DNA of 64,000 nt from Trueperaceae bacterium (GTDB lineage: Bacteria > Deinococcota > Deinococci > Deinococcales > Trueperaceae): the NCBI GenBank assembly GCA_965214405.1, contig OZ243956.1, forward strand, positions 1,056,001-1,120,000, in the 5' to 3' direction. Below are positions 19,784 to 30,059 of this stretch, one piece after another. The notes below the pieces were generated by a model. That model ran no database searches, was not told the origin of the DNA, and saw only the letters and a list, made by a program, of their open reading frames with translations. The translations under genes were made by a program, and so were the position numbers. The stretch's first letter is position 1. Each line of letters opens with the position of its first letter.

Positions 19784-20860
19784 CTACTCCAAAGACGCGA
19801 GGAACTCGAGGCCTATACCTGTCACATCGGCGTCGGCGACGTTGGTGAGCAAGACGATACCGATATCCTTTTCAACGTTGAAACCTAAAAAGCTGCTAAA
19901 GCCACCCGTCCCGCCGTTGTGCCAAAGGATGTCCCCGGCCTCGCTCTGCCAGCGAATCCAGCCCAAACCATGAAAGGCGTCCTGGTAAGTTTTGATATTG
20001 GTTGCCTGCTGCGCCCGACAATTCGCCAGAGCCAAGGGTGTGGTTTCGTCACACGCCGTCATCGAGGCATTTAGAAACTTCATTGCGTCGTCCAGGCTGC
20101 CCCTCACAGCACCCGCACCTGCCAACGCGTCAGAATCCCACGCGCTCGTCTCGGTGCCGTCTGCGGTGAGAGGTGTGGCCCTGTCGTCAGAACTCCAGCC
20201 CACCGTCGTGGCCCCGCGCATGTCGAGAGGCGCGAAGATGCGAGTCTCAATCAACTCGCCGTACGTTGAGCCCGTGATGTCGGCCAGCAACGTTCCGAGG
20301 AGGCCGAAACCGAAGTTGGAGTATTCGTTGAATTCGCCCACAGGTTCTAATTCGACCATTTCTACGGCTTCATGAAGCAGTCCTCTATCGAAATTTGCGT
20401 AAGGATTCTCGCTGGAGAAAAAGCCGGAGAGAAGGCCGTAAAAAAGACCCATGTTGGGAGGCGAAATGGGCAAACCCGCCGAGTGCGTCGCCAACTTCTC
20501 AAACGTCACGGTCTCCCACTTGGGGTCCTGAACATCCTGTGGCAAGTAAGGATTGATGCTCTCGTCCACCCTCAAAACGCCCTCATCGGCGAGCTGAGCC
20601 AGCACGATGGCCGTAAACACTTTGGTGATGGAGCCGAACTCGAAAAGGGTCCCCTCGGAGAATGTTGGGTTGCCAACGAAGCTCACGCTTTCGTTGCCGT
20701 TTTCGATGATGCCCACCGCAATCCCGGCTTCGGCGCTGGGTAGCGCCTCGGCAAGGTGTGAGGTTAGGGAGGTCATCGCTGCGTCTTGTGAATGGGCCAA
20801 GGTGCCAAGTAAGCAGAAATGTAGCAGGAGAATCTGTCGGAGTCTTTTCATAGCATTCAT
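19784..20860 (-). CDS. Secreted serine hydrolase, beta-lactamase family
   Basis: FEFGSITK (SxxK), YSN and WHNGGTGGF; signal peptide. Confidence 0.9.
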   Translation of the reverse strand: MNAMKRLRQILLLHFCLLGTLAHSQDAAMTSLTSHLAEALPSAEAGIAVGIIENGNESVSFVGNPTFSEGTLFEFGSITKVFTAIVLAQLADEGVLRVDESINPYLPQDVQDPKWETVTFEKLATHSAGLPISPPNMGLFYGLLSGFFSSENPYANFDRGLLHEAVEMVELEPVGEFNEYSNFGFGLLGTLLADITGSTYGELIETRIFAPLDMRGATTVGWSSDDRATPLTADGTETSAWDSDALAGAGAVRGSLDDAMKFLNASMTACDETTPLALANCRAQQATNIKTYQDAFHGLGWIRWQSEAGDILWHNGGTGGFSSFLGFNVEKDIGIVLLTNVADADVTGIGLEFLASLE

Positions 20861-21050
20861 AGCATAAATGGTAGCTGTTCTTTAGAGAATGTGGGTGAGA
20901 AGGGGTGGCGGGACTCGCAAATGCGGTTTGCTGATTTACGGGTTAGAGGACTCGCCAGGTGTGTGGCTCGAGCGTAGCGGCACTATCTGACGAAATTTTT
21001 GACGATTGGCTTAGTCCCTTGCAGCACTCGTTTAAGCAGCGCAGAGGCGG

Positions 21051-21443
21051 TCAGGCATCTCTCAAACTCTGCGTCAGCATCTCGTGCTCTTCATTCAAAT
21101 ATCCGCCCAGCCTCTGATGAACCTTCTCCAACAGCCGCAACGCCTTTTGATTTAGCAACGCCGCCTTCTCTTCCGAACGCTCCTGTTTGCTAAGTTGATG
21201 CAGCAGCCTTGCACTCGCGTAGACCTTGTTGATATCCAATCCCGCCACCGAAAAGAGGCTGACAAGCTGTGAGCTGCTCAGGGTTACGAGGGTATCCAGA
21301 GTAAGACCTGTAAAAGAGAGGCTGAGTTCTTCCAAGTCGCTGTAGGTTACGTCTTGTCCCTTGGCGCGGGCACCAAAAAGGAGTGCTGCGAGCATTTCGG
21401 AGAATTGCTTTATGGTTCGCGTGATGTAGTCGGTTTGGTACAT
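21051..21443 (-). CDS. Hypothetical helical protein (DUF6483-like)
   Basis: N-terminus MYQTDYITRTIKQFSEMLAALL is typical of this family, judged from memory. Confidence 0.6.
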   Translation of the reverse strand: MYQTDYITRTIKQFSEMLAALLFGARAKGQDVTYSDLEELSLSFTGLTLDTLVTLSSSQLVSLFSVAGLDINKVYASARLLHQLSKQERSEEKAALLNQKALRLLEKVHQRLGGYLNEEHEMLTQSLRDA

Positions 21444-21507
21444 GCTTAATTTGGCTCCAATCCAAACAAGCCCAAATCTCTTGCCGCGCTTGGTTAGACG
21501 GTATGTT

Positions 21508-22092
21508 TCAAACTGTTAGTGAAACTTGGAGCCTTTTGAAAGCGGTAGGCTCAGAAGTGTCTTCAAAGGCTTCCTTTATTTTAAGAGCACACTCTTTCGT
21601 ACTGGTCGAGGTTGTATCCACCTCGACGTCATAAGCACTGTAGGTATGAACGATTTCAAGCTGATGTTTCGCCAAACCCTGTCTCCGGTCACGCTGCTTT
21701 TCACGGCGCTCGAGCTCTTCTAGTGAGCAGTAAACGCCAACGAAGAAGACGGGAAATCCAGCTAATCGGTTGACACAAGCACGCAAGTCACTCCGCTGCT
21801 CAAATACATAGTCAACGATGAGGTTGTTCCCTTCTGAGGAAAGAGCAGCAACAGACGCGTGAGTTCCGGCTAAAAGGCGAGGAAAGTAAGTCCGCAGCTT
21901 TTCCAGTTCACCCTCAGAAGGTTCGACTGTACCAGAGAGGTAATCAATAAAACGTGTCGGCAGCGTTCGAAAAAAGTTGTCGATTGAGATGTGTAGAAAC
22001 GGCACCTCAAAGAGATTCTGTAGAGCATATGCAATACTCGTCTTACCCGAGCTAGATACCCCATTTAGTAAAATGATACTTCCGTAGTTCAT
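21508..22092 (-). CDS. Chloramphenicol phosphotransferase-like P-loop kinase
   Basis: IILLNGVSSSGKTS, FVGVYCSLEELERRE and YDVEVDT. Confidence 0.85.
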   Translation of the reverse strand: MNYGSIILLNGVSSSGKTSIAYALQNLFEVPFLHISIDNFFRTLPTRFIDYLSGTVEPSEGELEKLRTYFPRLLAGTHASVAALSSEGNNLIVDYVFEQRSDLRACVNRLAGFPVFFVGVYCSLEELERREKQRDRRQGLAKHQLEIVHTYSAYDVEVDTTSTSTKECALKIKEAFEDTSEPTAFKRLQVSLTV

Positions 22093-22191
22093 ATAGCTCC
22101 TAGAAAGAGATGGGCAGTTCCGTCCAACTACTGATTAGTAAACGTTCGCTCAATAAACCTCTGAGAAACGCTTCGTAGCACTACATATAGC

Positions 22192-23457
22192 TCAGCCCCT
22201 CGTCTGCCCCTCCCCCTCAATCAAATACTTGTGCGTCACCATCTCCGCCAAGCCCATCGGCCCTCGAGCGTGAAGTTTCTGCGTGCTGATGCCGATTTCC
22301 GCGCCGAAACCGAACACGAAGCCGTCGGTAAAGCGGGTGCTGGCGTTTACATAAACGGCGGCGGCGTCTACGTCTTCTTGAAAGCGGCGGGCGTTCTCCA
22401 TCGACGCGGTGACGATGGCTTCAGAGTGCTGCGTGCCGTAGCGGTTGATGTGGCGGATGGCCTCGTCTACGTTTTCGACAACCTTCACTGCGAGCGTGTA
22501 GTCGAGGTATTCGGTTTCCCAGTCCCTTTCGGTGGCCGGGCGCGCATCCGGGTAGAGGTGCCGCGTCGCCTCGTCGGCGTAGAGGGTGACGCCCGCGCTC
22601 GAGAGCGCCCCCAACGCCCCCGGCAAAAACCGCGCCGCCACCGCCTCATGGACGAGCAGCGTCTCGGCGGCGTTGCACACGCCGGGGCGCTGCACCTTGG
22701 CGTTGAGGATGATGGCCTCCGCGTGCTCGAGATTGGCCGAGGCGTCCACAAACACGTGACAGTTGCCCACGCCCGTTTCAATCACCGGGACCTTGGCGTT
22801 TTCGACGACGTGGTTGATTAACGACGCGCCGCCCCTGGGGATGACCAGGTCGACCTCTCCCCTGGCCTCCAAAAGTTCGGTCACGAGCGCGCGGTCGGGC
22901 GAGTCGATGAGCTGCACCGCGTCCTCGGGCAAGCCCGCTGTATGGAGCGCCGTCCGCATCACCCGCACCAAGACGCGGTTGCTGTGAAGCGCGTTGGCGG
23001 AGCCCCGCAAGAGGGCGGCGGAGCCCGCCTTGAGCGTCAGGGCCGCCGCGTCGACGGTCACGTTGGGGCGCGACTCGTAAATCATGCCGATGACGCCGAA
23101 GGGGACGGTGACTTTTTGGACGCGCAGGCCGTTCTCGAGCCTTTTGCCGTCAAGCACCCGGTAGAGGGGGTCGGGCAGCGCCGCCACCAGCCGCACCGCC
23201 TCGGCGATGTTAGCGACGCGCGTTTCGCTTAAAGTAAGGCGGTCGACCAGCGCGTCCGGCGTGCCTTTACGTTTTTCAGCCGACACGTCTTTGACGTTGG
23301 CGGCGAGGATGTCGCTCGTGTGGCTTATGAGCGCGTCGGCGACCGCCGAAAGAGCCGCGTTGCGGTTTGCTCGAGCCAGACCGCGGCTCGCCTCACGCGC
23401 GCGGCGCAAAAGCTGGGTGAGATTGATTTTTTCGGAGGATGCTGTAGCTGGAGTCAT
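22192..23457 (-). CDS. proA: Gamma-glutamyl phosphate reductase
   Basis: IYESRPNVT, CNAAETLLVH, NASTRFTDG and GAEIGISTQKLHARGPMGL. Confidence 0.96.
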   Translation of the reverse strand: MTPATASSEKINLTQLLRRAREASRGLARANRNAALSAVADALISHTSDILAANVKDVSAEKRKGTPDALVDRLTLSETRVANIAEAVRLVAALPDPLYRVLDGKRLENGLRVQKVTVPFGVIGMIYESRPNVTVDAAALTLKAGSAALLRGSANALHSNRVLVRVMRTALHTAGLPEDAVQLIDSPDRALVTELLEARGEVDLVIPRGGASLINHVVENAKVPVIETGVGNCHVFVDASANLEHAEAIILNAKVQRPGVCNAAETLLVHEAVAARFLPGALGALSSAGVTLYADEATRHLYPDARPATERDWETEYLDYTLAVKVVENVDEAIRHINRYGTQHSEAIVTASMENARRFQEDVDAAAVYVNASTRFTDGFVFGFGAEIGISTQKLHARGPMGLAEMVTHKYLIEGEGQTRG

Positions 23458-23702
23458 GGGCAAGTATAGCCCAAGGGAAGGGAACGCAAAGATGTATGGC
23501 GGAAAAACATTCAACGGTAGCCTCCAGTATGGGCCACGGATGAACGGGTAAACTTCGGCTAGGGCCGTGGGGGTGATGCAGCATGTTACGTTAAACGTCA
23601 ACTTCAGATTTTTAGTTTGGATGTTGCGCTCCGTTAGACCACCTAGTCCGGGACGACGCGAAAAGAAACCTCCGCACACTTGTGAACAGGATAGGTGACA
23701 CC

Positions 23703-24689
23703 ATGCCGTATCTCGATTTGAATCTTTTGAAGCGGGTAGATTTTCCTGGGGGCGCGCTAAGGCATCTCTTGGGCGCGCTGGTTTTGCTCCTCTTGCCGAC
23801 GGTAGGGTTCGGACAAACCATTTTGCAGGTCGCGGCGGACGACCCCAGCCTCAGCACGTTTGTCGAGGCGCTCCGGCGGGCGGGGCTCGAGAGCACGCTC
23901 AACGGCGAAGGCCCTTTTACCCTCTTCGCCCCCACCGACGCGGCCTTTTCAGTTCTGCCCGAGGGAGAGCTTACGGCGCTCCTCAATAACGAAAGCGCGC
24001 TCCGCGAGGTGATGACGTACCACATCGTGCCCGCGTTTGTGCTCGCCAGGGACGCCGTTCAGGCCACCAGCGCGCCCACCCTGGCGGGCGACAGGCTCCG
24101 CTTACAGGTTAGGTCCGGCAGGCTTTACATCGACGGCGCGACGGTGATCAAGTTCGACGTCGGCGCGTCCGAAAACGTCGAGGCGTCCAACGGCGTGATT
24201 CACGTGGTGGACAGCGTTTTGGTGCCGAGAGAGGTCAACTTGGAGGCGCTGGCGGCGTCCGCCCCGGCCGCCCCACAGGAGAACGCCGCGCCCATCTACA
24301 CGACGGACGCATCAAACAGCGTTCGTTATCCCCTGTCGGTGGTAGACGGCAGCGGCATCGGCGGCTCGGTGCTCGCCGCCGACTACGGCTTGGGCGGGGC
24401 GGTCGTGACCATCGCGGTGCGGGGCACGCTGCGGGACGGGGCGGGAGGCGGCGAGTACCCCGTGCGTTTTCGCGTGGGCGACTGCGAGAGTGACGCCCCG
24501 AGTGAAGACAATCGTGAGGCCGGTACAGTGACGCTTAATGGCGTGGCAAAAGCAACGGGGTTGAGCGTCACCACGGTGGACGCGCCCTACGACGCCCTGG
24601 TGGGTGAGGATTACGCCCTCGAGCTCCTCTCACCCGACGGCTCCGGTACCGTGGTCACCTGCGGCGAGGTCGGGTCGGGGGCGAACTAG
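23703..24689 (+). CDS. Secreted fasciclin (FAS1) domain protein with a C-terminal Cu/Zn-SOD-like domain
   Basis: GPFTLFAPTDAAF, YHIVP and ASNGVIHVVDSVL. C-terminal GDC...CGEVG. Confidence 0.85.
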   Translation: MPYLDLNLLKRVDFPGGALRHLLGALVLLLLPTVGFGQTILQVAADDPSLSTFVEALRRAGLESTLNGEGPFTLFAPTDAAFSVLPEGELTALLNNESALREVMTYHIVPAFVLARDAVQATSAPTLAGDRLRLQVRSGRLYIDGATVIKFDVGASENVEASNGVIHVVDSVLVPREVNLEALAASAPAAPQENAAPIYTTDASNSVRYPLSVVDGSGIGGSVLAADYGLGGAVVTIAVRGTLRDGAGGGEYPVRFRVGDCESDAPSEDNREAGTVTLNGVAKATGLSVTTVDAPYDALVGEDYALELLSPDGSGTVVTCGEVGSGAN

Positions 24690-24696
24690 GCGCGGG

Positions 24697-26259
24697 TCAA
24701 CTCAGGGGATGCGTCCACTCGCCCGCCAGCACCGTACCCGCGACAGTAAGCCCGTCCAAGCTCACCAGCGGGTCGTGCGAAAGAATTGTGAAATCGGCGT
24801 CGAAACCCGGACGCAGCCGCCCGGAACGGCTCTCGCGCCCGATGGCGTAGGCTGCGCCTCGAGTGTAGGCCAGGAGCGCCTTGTCGGGCGAGAGCAGTTC
24901 TTGGCTGTTGAGCACCTTTCCGTCCGCCCCCAAACGGCGGCAGGCGGCAAGCAGCCCCAAACGCACGTCCGGGTCGGCGACGGGCGTGTCGGAGCCGAAA
25001 GCGAGCGGCGCCCCCGTGGCGAGGAGGCTGCGCATGGCGTAAGCGCCTCCCACGCGGCCAGGTAAAAGCTTCTTGATGCGTTTTGCGTCGAACACCAAAT
25101 GATAAGGCTGTAAAGAGGCGATAACGCCGAGCTGCCCGAAGCGGGGGATATCGTCGGGGTGAAGGTGCTGCGCGTGCTCGATGCGCGGGCGCAGGCCCTT
25201 TGCCTCCCAAAGCGGTTTGGTCGCTTCTAGCGCGTCCAGAATCGCGCGGTTGGCGGCGTCGCCGATGGCGTGCGTTACGGGCGTCAGCCCCGCGTCAATC
25301 ACCACGGGCAGCCGCGCGGCCAGCACCTCGGGGCCGTGGACGGGCATTCCTAGTTCGTGGGTGCCGTCGTAGGGCTCGAGCATCCAGGCGGTCAAGCTAC
25401 CCAGCGCCCCGTCCGCAAAAAACTTGGCCCCCCCGATCGTAAAACGGTCCCCGCCTTGCCCCGTCGCCAGCCCGATGGCGGCGGCGTGTTCGGCGTTTTC
25501 TTGGTCGATACAGGCCCAGACGCGGAGCGGGTAACCCTCACGGCTCGCCGCGTGCGCCATCATCCGCCAGCCGTCGGGCGACTCGTAAGCCATATGATGC
25601 ACCGTGGTGATACCCAGCCGCGCCAGGTCCTCCCCAGCGCGCCTCACCGCCTCGGCCAAGGTCGCGTCGTCGGGGGGCGGCACGACGCGGGCGATGAGGG
25701 TGGCGGTGTGCTCGAGCAGCCCCCCGTTCGGCTCGCCGTCCGCGTCTCTTAAAATCGTGCCGTTCTCCGGGTCGGGCGTGCCCGCGTGAACCTCGGCCCG
25801 CGCCAACGCGGCAGAATTGACCCAGGCGCTGTGATGGTCCTGCGAACGCAAAAAAACAGGATGACGCGACGCGACGCGGTCGAGCGGCTCTTTGGTGAGC
25901 GCCTCTACATCCCAGCGGCTCGTCGAAAAGCCCGAGCCCAGAAGCCACGCGCCCTCGGGAAGCTCGCCCGCGCGCGTTTGGATGAGCCTCAACGCCTCTT
26001 CAAGCGTCTCGGCGTGAGACAAGTTGAGGCGAGAGAGCTCTAAACCGTGCGCGCTCAAGTGAACGTGGCTATCGTGAAACCCCGGCAGCAGGCAACGCCC
26101 CGCTAAGTCGATGCGCTCGGTGTCTCTACCTGCAAGCGCCAAAACCTCTTCAACCTTTCCCAAGGCCAAAATGCGCCCACCGCGCACCGCCAGCGCCTCG
26201 GCGCGCGGTTTAGAATCCATCGTCAAGATGCTGCCGTTATAAAAGATCGTGTCGGGCAT
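24697..26259 (-). CDS. Amidohydrolase 3 family (YtcJ-like)
   Basis: PGFHDSHVH, KFFADGALGS, HAIGD, RIEHAQ and FGSD. Confidence 0.92.
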   Translation of the reverse strand: MPDTIFYNGSILTMDSKPRAEALAVRGGRILALGKVEEVLALAGRDTERIDLAGRCLLPGFHDSHVHLSAHGLELSRLNLSHAETLEEALRLIQTRAGELPEGAWLLGSGFSTSRWDVEALTKEPLDRVASRHPVFLRSQDHHSAWVNSAALARAEVHAGTPDPENGTILRDADGEPNGGLLEHTATLIARVVPPPDDATLAEAVRRAGEDLARLGITTVHHMAYESPDGWRMMAHAASREGYPLRVWACIDQENAEHAAAIGLATGQGGDRFTIGGAKFFADGALGSLTAWMLEPYDGTHELGMPVHGPEVLAARLPVVIDAGLTPVTHAIGDAANRAILDALEATKPLWEAKGLRPRIEHAQHLHPDDIPRFGQLGVIASLQPYHLVFDAKRIKKLLPGRVGGAYAMRSLLATGAPLAFGSDTPVADPDVRLGLLAACRRLGADGKVLNSQELLSPDKALLAYTRGAAYAIGRESRSGRLRPGFDADFTILSHDPLVSLDGLTVAGTVLAGEWTHPLS

Positions 26260-26884
26260 AGAGATAGTGTACGGCCTACAGCAGGAACACCAGCAAGAAC
26301 GCCCTGGTTCGAACGAGATTTCCTTTACAAGTTACCCGCCGGGCAGCGGACTGCGTAACTGTGGCGCGGTTTAGGGGATGAACCCGGTGGGTCGTTTGGC
26401 ACCTTTCTCATTCTTATCCCACTCTCAACATTGTCACGATTTTGCAGATGCGGATTTTCCGCGGCGGCGAAACGGACCTGGCTTGGGCGTTTCGTGGCTG
26501 CCACCACCCCCGCTCACCTGCCGCCGACACCAGGCGCGACAGACACTTTGGTATCGTGCTGGCCTGGGCGACGCTGCACGGCCTCGAGCCTGGCTGCTTG
26601 CTCTACTTCAGGTCACGCGCGACTCGGCCTCCCTCGGCCCCTGGTGGAACGCCAGAGAACTCACGCTGCTGGCGGCCCCGAGCGGCCTTCGGGGGTGGCT
26701 CGAGCCCCCAGTAAAGCGTTATCCTAGGGGAGAAGAAAGGGTAGGGGTGAGGGGTGAGTAAAATAAGCTTTTCTCTCTTTAAGCCCTGCGGGTACGTACG
26801 CCCTTCGGGGACGCCTCCCCCACTCGGAAGCAGTGCGTAAACTCACGTGGCCCAGAAACTCAGCCCAAGAACTAAGGAGACACC

Positions 26885-28297
26885 GTGACACATCCCAAAA
26901 TCACGCTTATCGGCGCGGGCTCGACCGTGTTTGCCAAAAACTTGATCGGCGACCTTTTGAGCTATCCCGAACTTGCCAACGCGACCCTGACCCTGTACGA
27001 CATCGACGCGGAGCGCCTCAAAACCTCCGAAGTCGTGGCGCGGGGGATAGCGGATGTGCTGGGCGCGACCCCCAAGCTCGAGGCCACCACCGACCGCAGC
27101 CGCGCGCTTGACGGCGCGGACTACGCCATCAGCATGTTTCAGGTGGCGGGCTACAAGCCGGGTACGGTAACCGACTTTAGCGTTCCCAAAAAGTACGGCC
27201 TGCGTCAGACCATCGGCGACACCTTAGGGATAGGCGGCATTATGCGCGCGCTGCGCACCATCCCCGTGTTTTTGGAGCTGGGCCGCGAGATGGAAAGGCT
27301 GTGCCCGGACGTGACGCACTTAAACTACGTCAACCCGATGGCGATGAACTGCATGGCGCTGAACCGGGCCACGCGGGTGAAGACGGTGGGGCTATGTCAC
27401 AGCGTTCAGGGTACCGCCGAGCAACTCGCGCACGACGTCGGCGTGCCTATGGAAGATATCAACTACCTCTGCGCCGGAATCAACCATATGGCGTTCTATC
27501 TGCGTTTTGAGAGAGACGGCGAAGACCTCTACCCGAAGATCCGTCAGGTACTCGAGGAGGGCCGCGCCCCCGACTGGAACCGGGTGCGCTACGAGGTGTT
27601 CAAACATTTCGGCTACTTTGTGACCGAGTCGAGCGAGCACTTTGCCGAGTACGTGCCCTGGTTTATCAAGCGCGACCGGGCCGACCTGCTGGACGCGTTC
27701 AACATCCCGTTGGACGAATACCTGCGCCGTTGCGAGGTGCAGATTACCGCCTGGGGCTTTATGCGCGACAAGCTCGAGCACCCCGAGGCGGACCTGACTG
27801 AGCCGTTCCGCGAGGCGATGCAGCAAGCGGGCGTGTCCGAAGCGCACCTGCCTTTGGTGGTTCACAATTTTGAGAATTTGAACGAGGTCAAGCGCTCACA
27901 CGAGTACGGCTCGACCATCGTTCACAGCCTCCAAACGGGCCAGCCGAGCGTGATTTACGGCAACGTGCCCAACGCGGGGCTGATTGACAACCTCCCCCAA
28001 ACCTGCTGCGTCGAAGTGCCCTGCGTGGTGGATAAAAACGGCGTGCAACCGACCAAAGTGGGCGCGCTGCCCCCGCAACTCGCCGCCCTGATGCAGACCA
28101 ACATCAACGTGCAGGCGCTCACCGTCGAGGCCGCTTTAACGGGCAAGCGCGAGCACATCTACCACGCCGCCATGCTCGACCCGCACACCGCCGCCGAGTT
28201 GGATTTAGAGCAGATTCACGACCTGGTAGACGACCTCATCCGGGCGCACGGCGACTGGTTGCCCGAAAGCTTTCGCGCCGACCTCGCCCTGGCCTAG
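26885..28297 (+). CDS. melA: Family 4 glycoside hydrolase, alpha-galactosidase-like
   Basis: IGAGS, NYVNPM, VGLCHS and GYFVTESSEHFAEY. Confidence 0.88.
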   Translation: MTHPKITLIGAGSTVFAKNLIGDLLSYPELANATLTLYDIDAERLKTSEVVARGIADVLGATPKLEATTDRSRALDGADYAISMFQVAGYKPGTVTDFSVPKKYGLRQTIGDTLGIGGIMRALRTIPVFLELGREMERLCPDVTHLNYVNPMAMNCMALNRATRVKTVGLCHSVQGTAEQLAHDVGVPMEDINYLCAGINHMAFYLRFERDGEDLYPKIRQVLEEGRAPDWNRVRYEVFKHFGYFVTESSEHFAEYVPWFIKRDRADLLDAFNIPLDEYLRRCEVQITAWGFMRDKLEHPEADLTEPFREAMQQAGVSEAHLPLVVHNFENLNEVKRSHEYGSTIVHSLQTGQPSVIYGNVPNAGLIDNLPQTCCVEVPCVVDKNGVQPTKVGALPPQLAALMQTNINVQALTVEAALTGKREHIYHAAMLDPHTAAELDLEQIHDLVDDLIRAHGDWLPESFRADLALA

Positions 28298-28363
28298 CCA
28301 CGCCGCCTCGTCCAGTCTCATGATGCGTTAAAGCGTGGGCCATTAGCAACTTTTTGTTACTTC

Positions 28364-28525
28364 TGGAGAGTGTTTGGAAGTAAATAACCTCCCCCCTTGT
28401 TAAGGGAGGACCGAGGGGGGATCTGCTTTTGCACCTCCCTGTAAAGTTAGTCAGAGATAAATTCCCCCAACCCCTCTTAACAAAAGGGTTTTTGTCAAAA
28501 CTCGAGCCCTTCCCAACGCTCCCTA
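28364..28525. mobile_element. Possible MITE / structured intergenic repeat
   Basis: Imperfect terminal inverted repeats (TGGAGAGTGTTTGGAAG vs reverse complement TAGGGAGCGTTGGGAAG, 13/17). Internal CCCCCTTGTTAAGGGAGG-type hairpins. No ORF. Confidence 0.5.
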
Positions 28526-29902
28526 AACCGGCTCGAGCTGCGCCCCCAGCCTCTCGAGCAGCGTCACATACCCCCGCTGGGCGCGCTCGAACGAACTGAG
28601 CCTAAAAAATTTGTCCGGCGCGTGCGCCCGCTCGTCCTTGAGGCCAAAAGCGAAGTTGACCGTGTAAACGCCCAAGTGCTCCAGAATGAGGCTGCAAAAG
28701 GGGATGCTGCCGCCGCTCCGCACATAAAAAGGCGCTTTGCCATAGAGCGCTTTGTGAACCTCCCGCGCCGCCTCGTTGCCCGGATGGTCGGTGGGCATGA
28801 GGTAGGGCTTAGACGAACTGCCTTCGGGTGCGACCGTCGCGGTGACGCCCGGCGGGGCGTGTGTCTCGGCGTGTTTGGTTATCAGTTTGACGATAGTCTC
28901 CGGGTCCTGGTCGGCCACCAGCCGACAGGTAATTTTGGCGTGCGCCTCGCCCGGCAAGACGGTCTTGGTGCCCTCGCCCTGAAAGCCGCCCCAGATACCG
29001 TTGATTTCTAACGTGGGCCGCGCCCAGGTGCGCTCGAGCGTCGTGTAGCCCTCCTCGCCAAAAAGCGCGTTCACGTCCAAGCGTTCTTTGTAGTCGGCCT
29101 CGTCATAGGGTACCGCCGCGATGAGGTCGCGGTCCTTTTCCGAAAGGGGCCGCACCGCGTCGTAGAAACCTTCCACCAGAATCCGCCCGTCGGGGCCGCG
29201 CATCGAGGCGAGCAAGCTCACGAGCGCGTGGATGGGGTTTTGCACCGCGCCGCCGTAGCCCCCGGAGTGCAGGTCGTGCGCGGGACCCCGCACGTCAATT
29301 TGCAAGGCGCAGATGCCCCGGAGCCCCACAAGCAAGTTGGGCTGGTCGCTCTCCCACTGCCCCCCGTCGGCGCTCACGACCAGGTCGCAAGCGAGCAGGT
29401 CTTTGTTGCTGGCGATAAAGCTTGGCAACTGCGGACTGCCGATCTCCTCTTGACCCTCGAACAGCACCTTGAGGTTGACGGGCAGCTTCCCTTCGGTCTT
29501 AAGCAGCGCCTCCACCGCCAGAATCGGCGCAAGCATGTTGCCCTTGTCGTCCGACGCGCCCCGCGCGTAGACCCTGTCGCCTTTGGTAACGGGCGCAAAA
29601 GGCGGATGGGTCCACCCGTTCAGCGGGTCCACGGGCTGCGTGTCGAAGTGCCCGTAAACGAGCACGGTCGGTTTGCCCGGCGCGCGCAGCCACTCCCCGT
29701 AAACGACCGGATGACCGCCCGTCGGCAGAATCTGCACGTTTTCCAGCCCCGCCTCCCGCACGCTTGTAGCCACCCACTCGCCAGCGCGCGCCACGTCCTC
29801 CTTGTGCTCGGGCAGGCTCGAGACACTCGGAATGCGCAAAAAGTCTAAAAGCCTCTCCCGAAACGCCTCTTTATGTTCTTCTAAATAGTCCAGGGGTGTC
29901 AT
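28523..29902 (-). CDS. M20 family dipeptidase/deacylase
   Basis: YGHFDTQP, ARGASDDKG, EGQEEIGS, DLHSG and AHAPD. Confidence 0.92.
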   Translation of the reverse strand: MTPLDYLEEHKEAFRERLLDFLRIPSVSSLPEHKEDVARAGEWVATSVREAGLENVQILPTGGHPVVYGEWLRAPGKPTVLVYGHFDTQPVDPLNGWTHPPFAPVTKGDRVYARGASDDKGNMLAPILAVEALLKTEGKLPVNLKVLFEGQEEIGSPQLPSFIASNKDLLACDLVVSADGGQWESDQPNLLVGLRGICALQIDVRGPAHDLHSGGYGGAVQNPIHALVSLLASMRGPDGRILVEGFYDAVRPLSEKDRDLIAAVPYDEADYKERLDVNALFGEEGYTTLERTWARPTLEINGIWGGFQGEGTKTVLPGEAHAKITCRLVADQDPETIVKLITKHAETHAPPGVTATVAPEGSSSKPYLMPTDHPGNEAAREVHKALYGKAPFYVRSGGSIPFCSLILEHLGVYTVNFAFGLKDERAHAPDKFFRLSSFERAQRGYVTLLERLGAQLEPV

Positions 29903-30059
29903 GACGTCTCCTCCCCTTTCAAGCATAAGCCAAGAACGAGGAAGACCGCTCCTGATGAGCGGCGCGTGGGTGCAGGGCCAAACCGGATGAACGAAGGTCA
30001 GGCCTGCATTGCGAGTCCGTACGAGTTTGGACGCGACTTTGATTGCTATCGTTGACGCT

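Noticed and set aside
26300..26880. Gene or structured RNA upstream of melA
   Set aside because: The short ORFs lack recognisable motifs, I recognise no riboswitch consensus, and the G-rich stretch at 26720-26757 is too degenerate to call.
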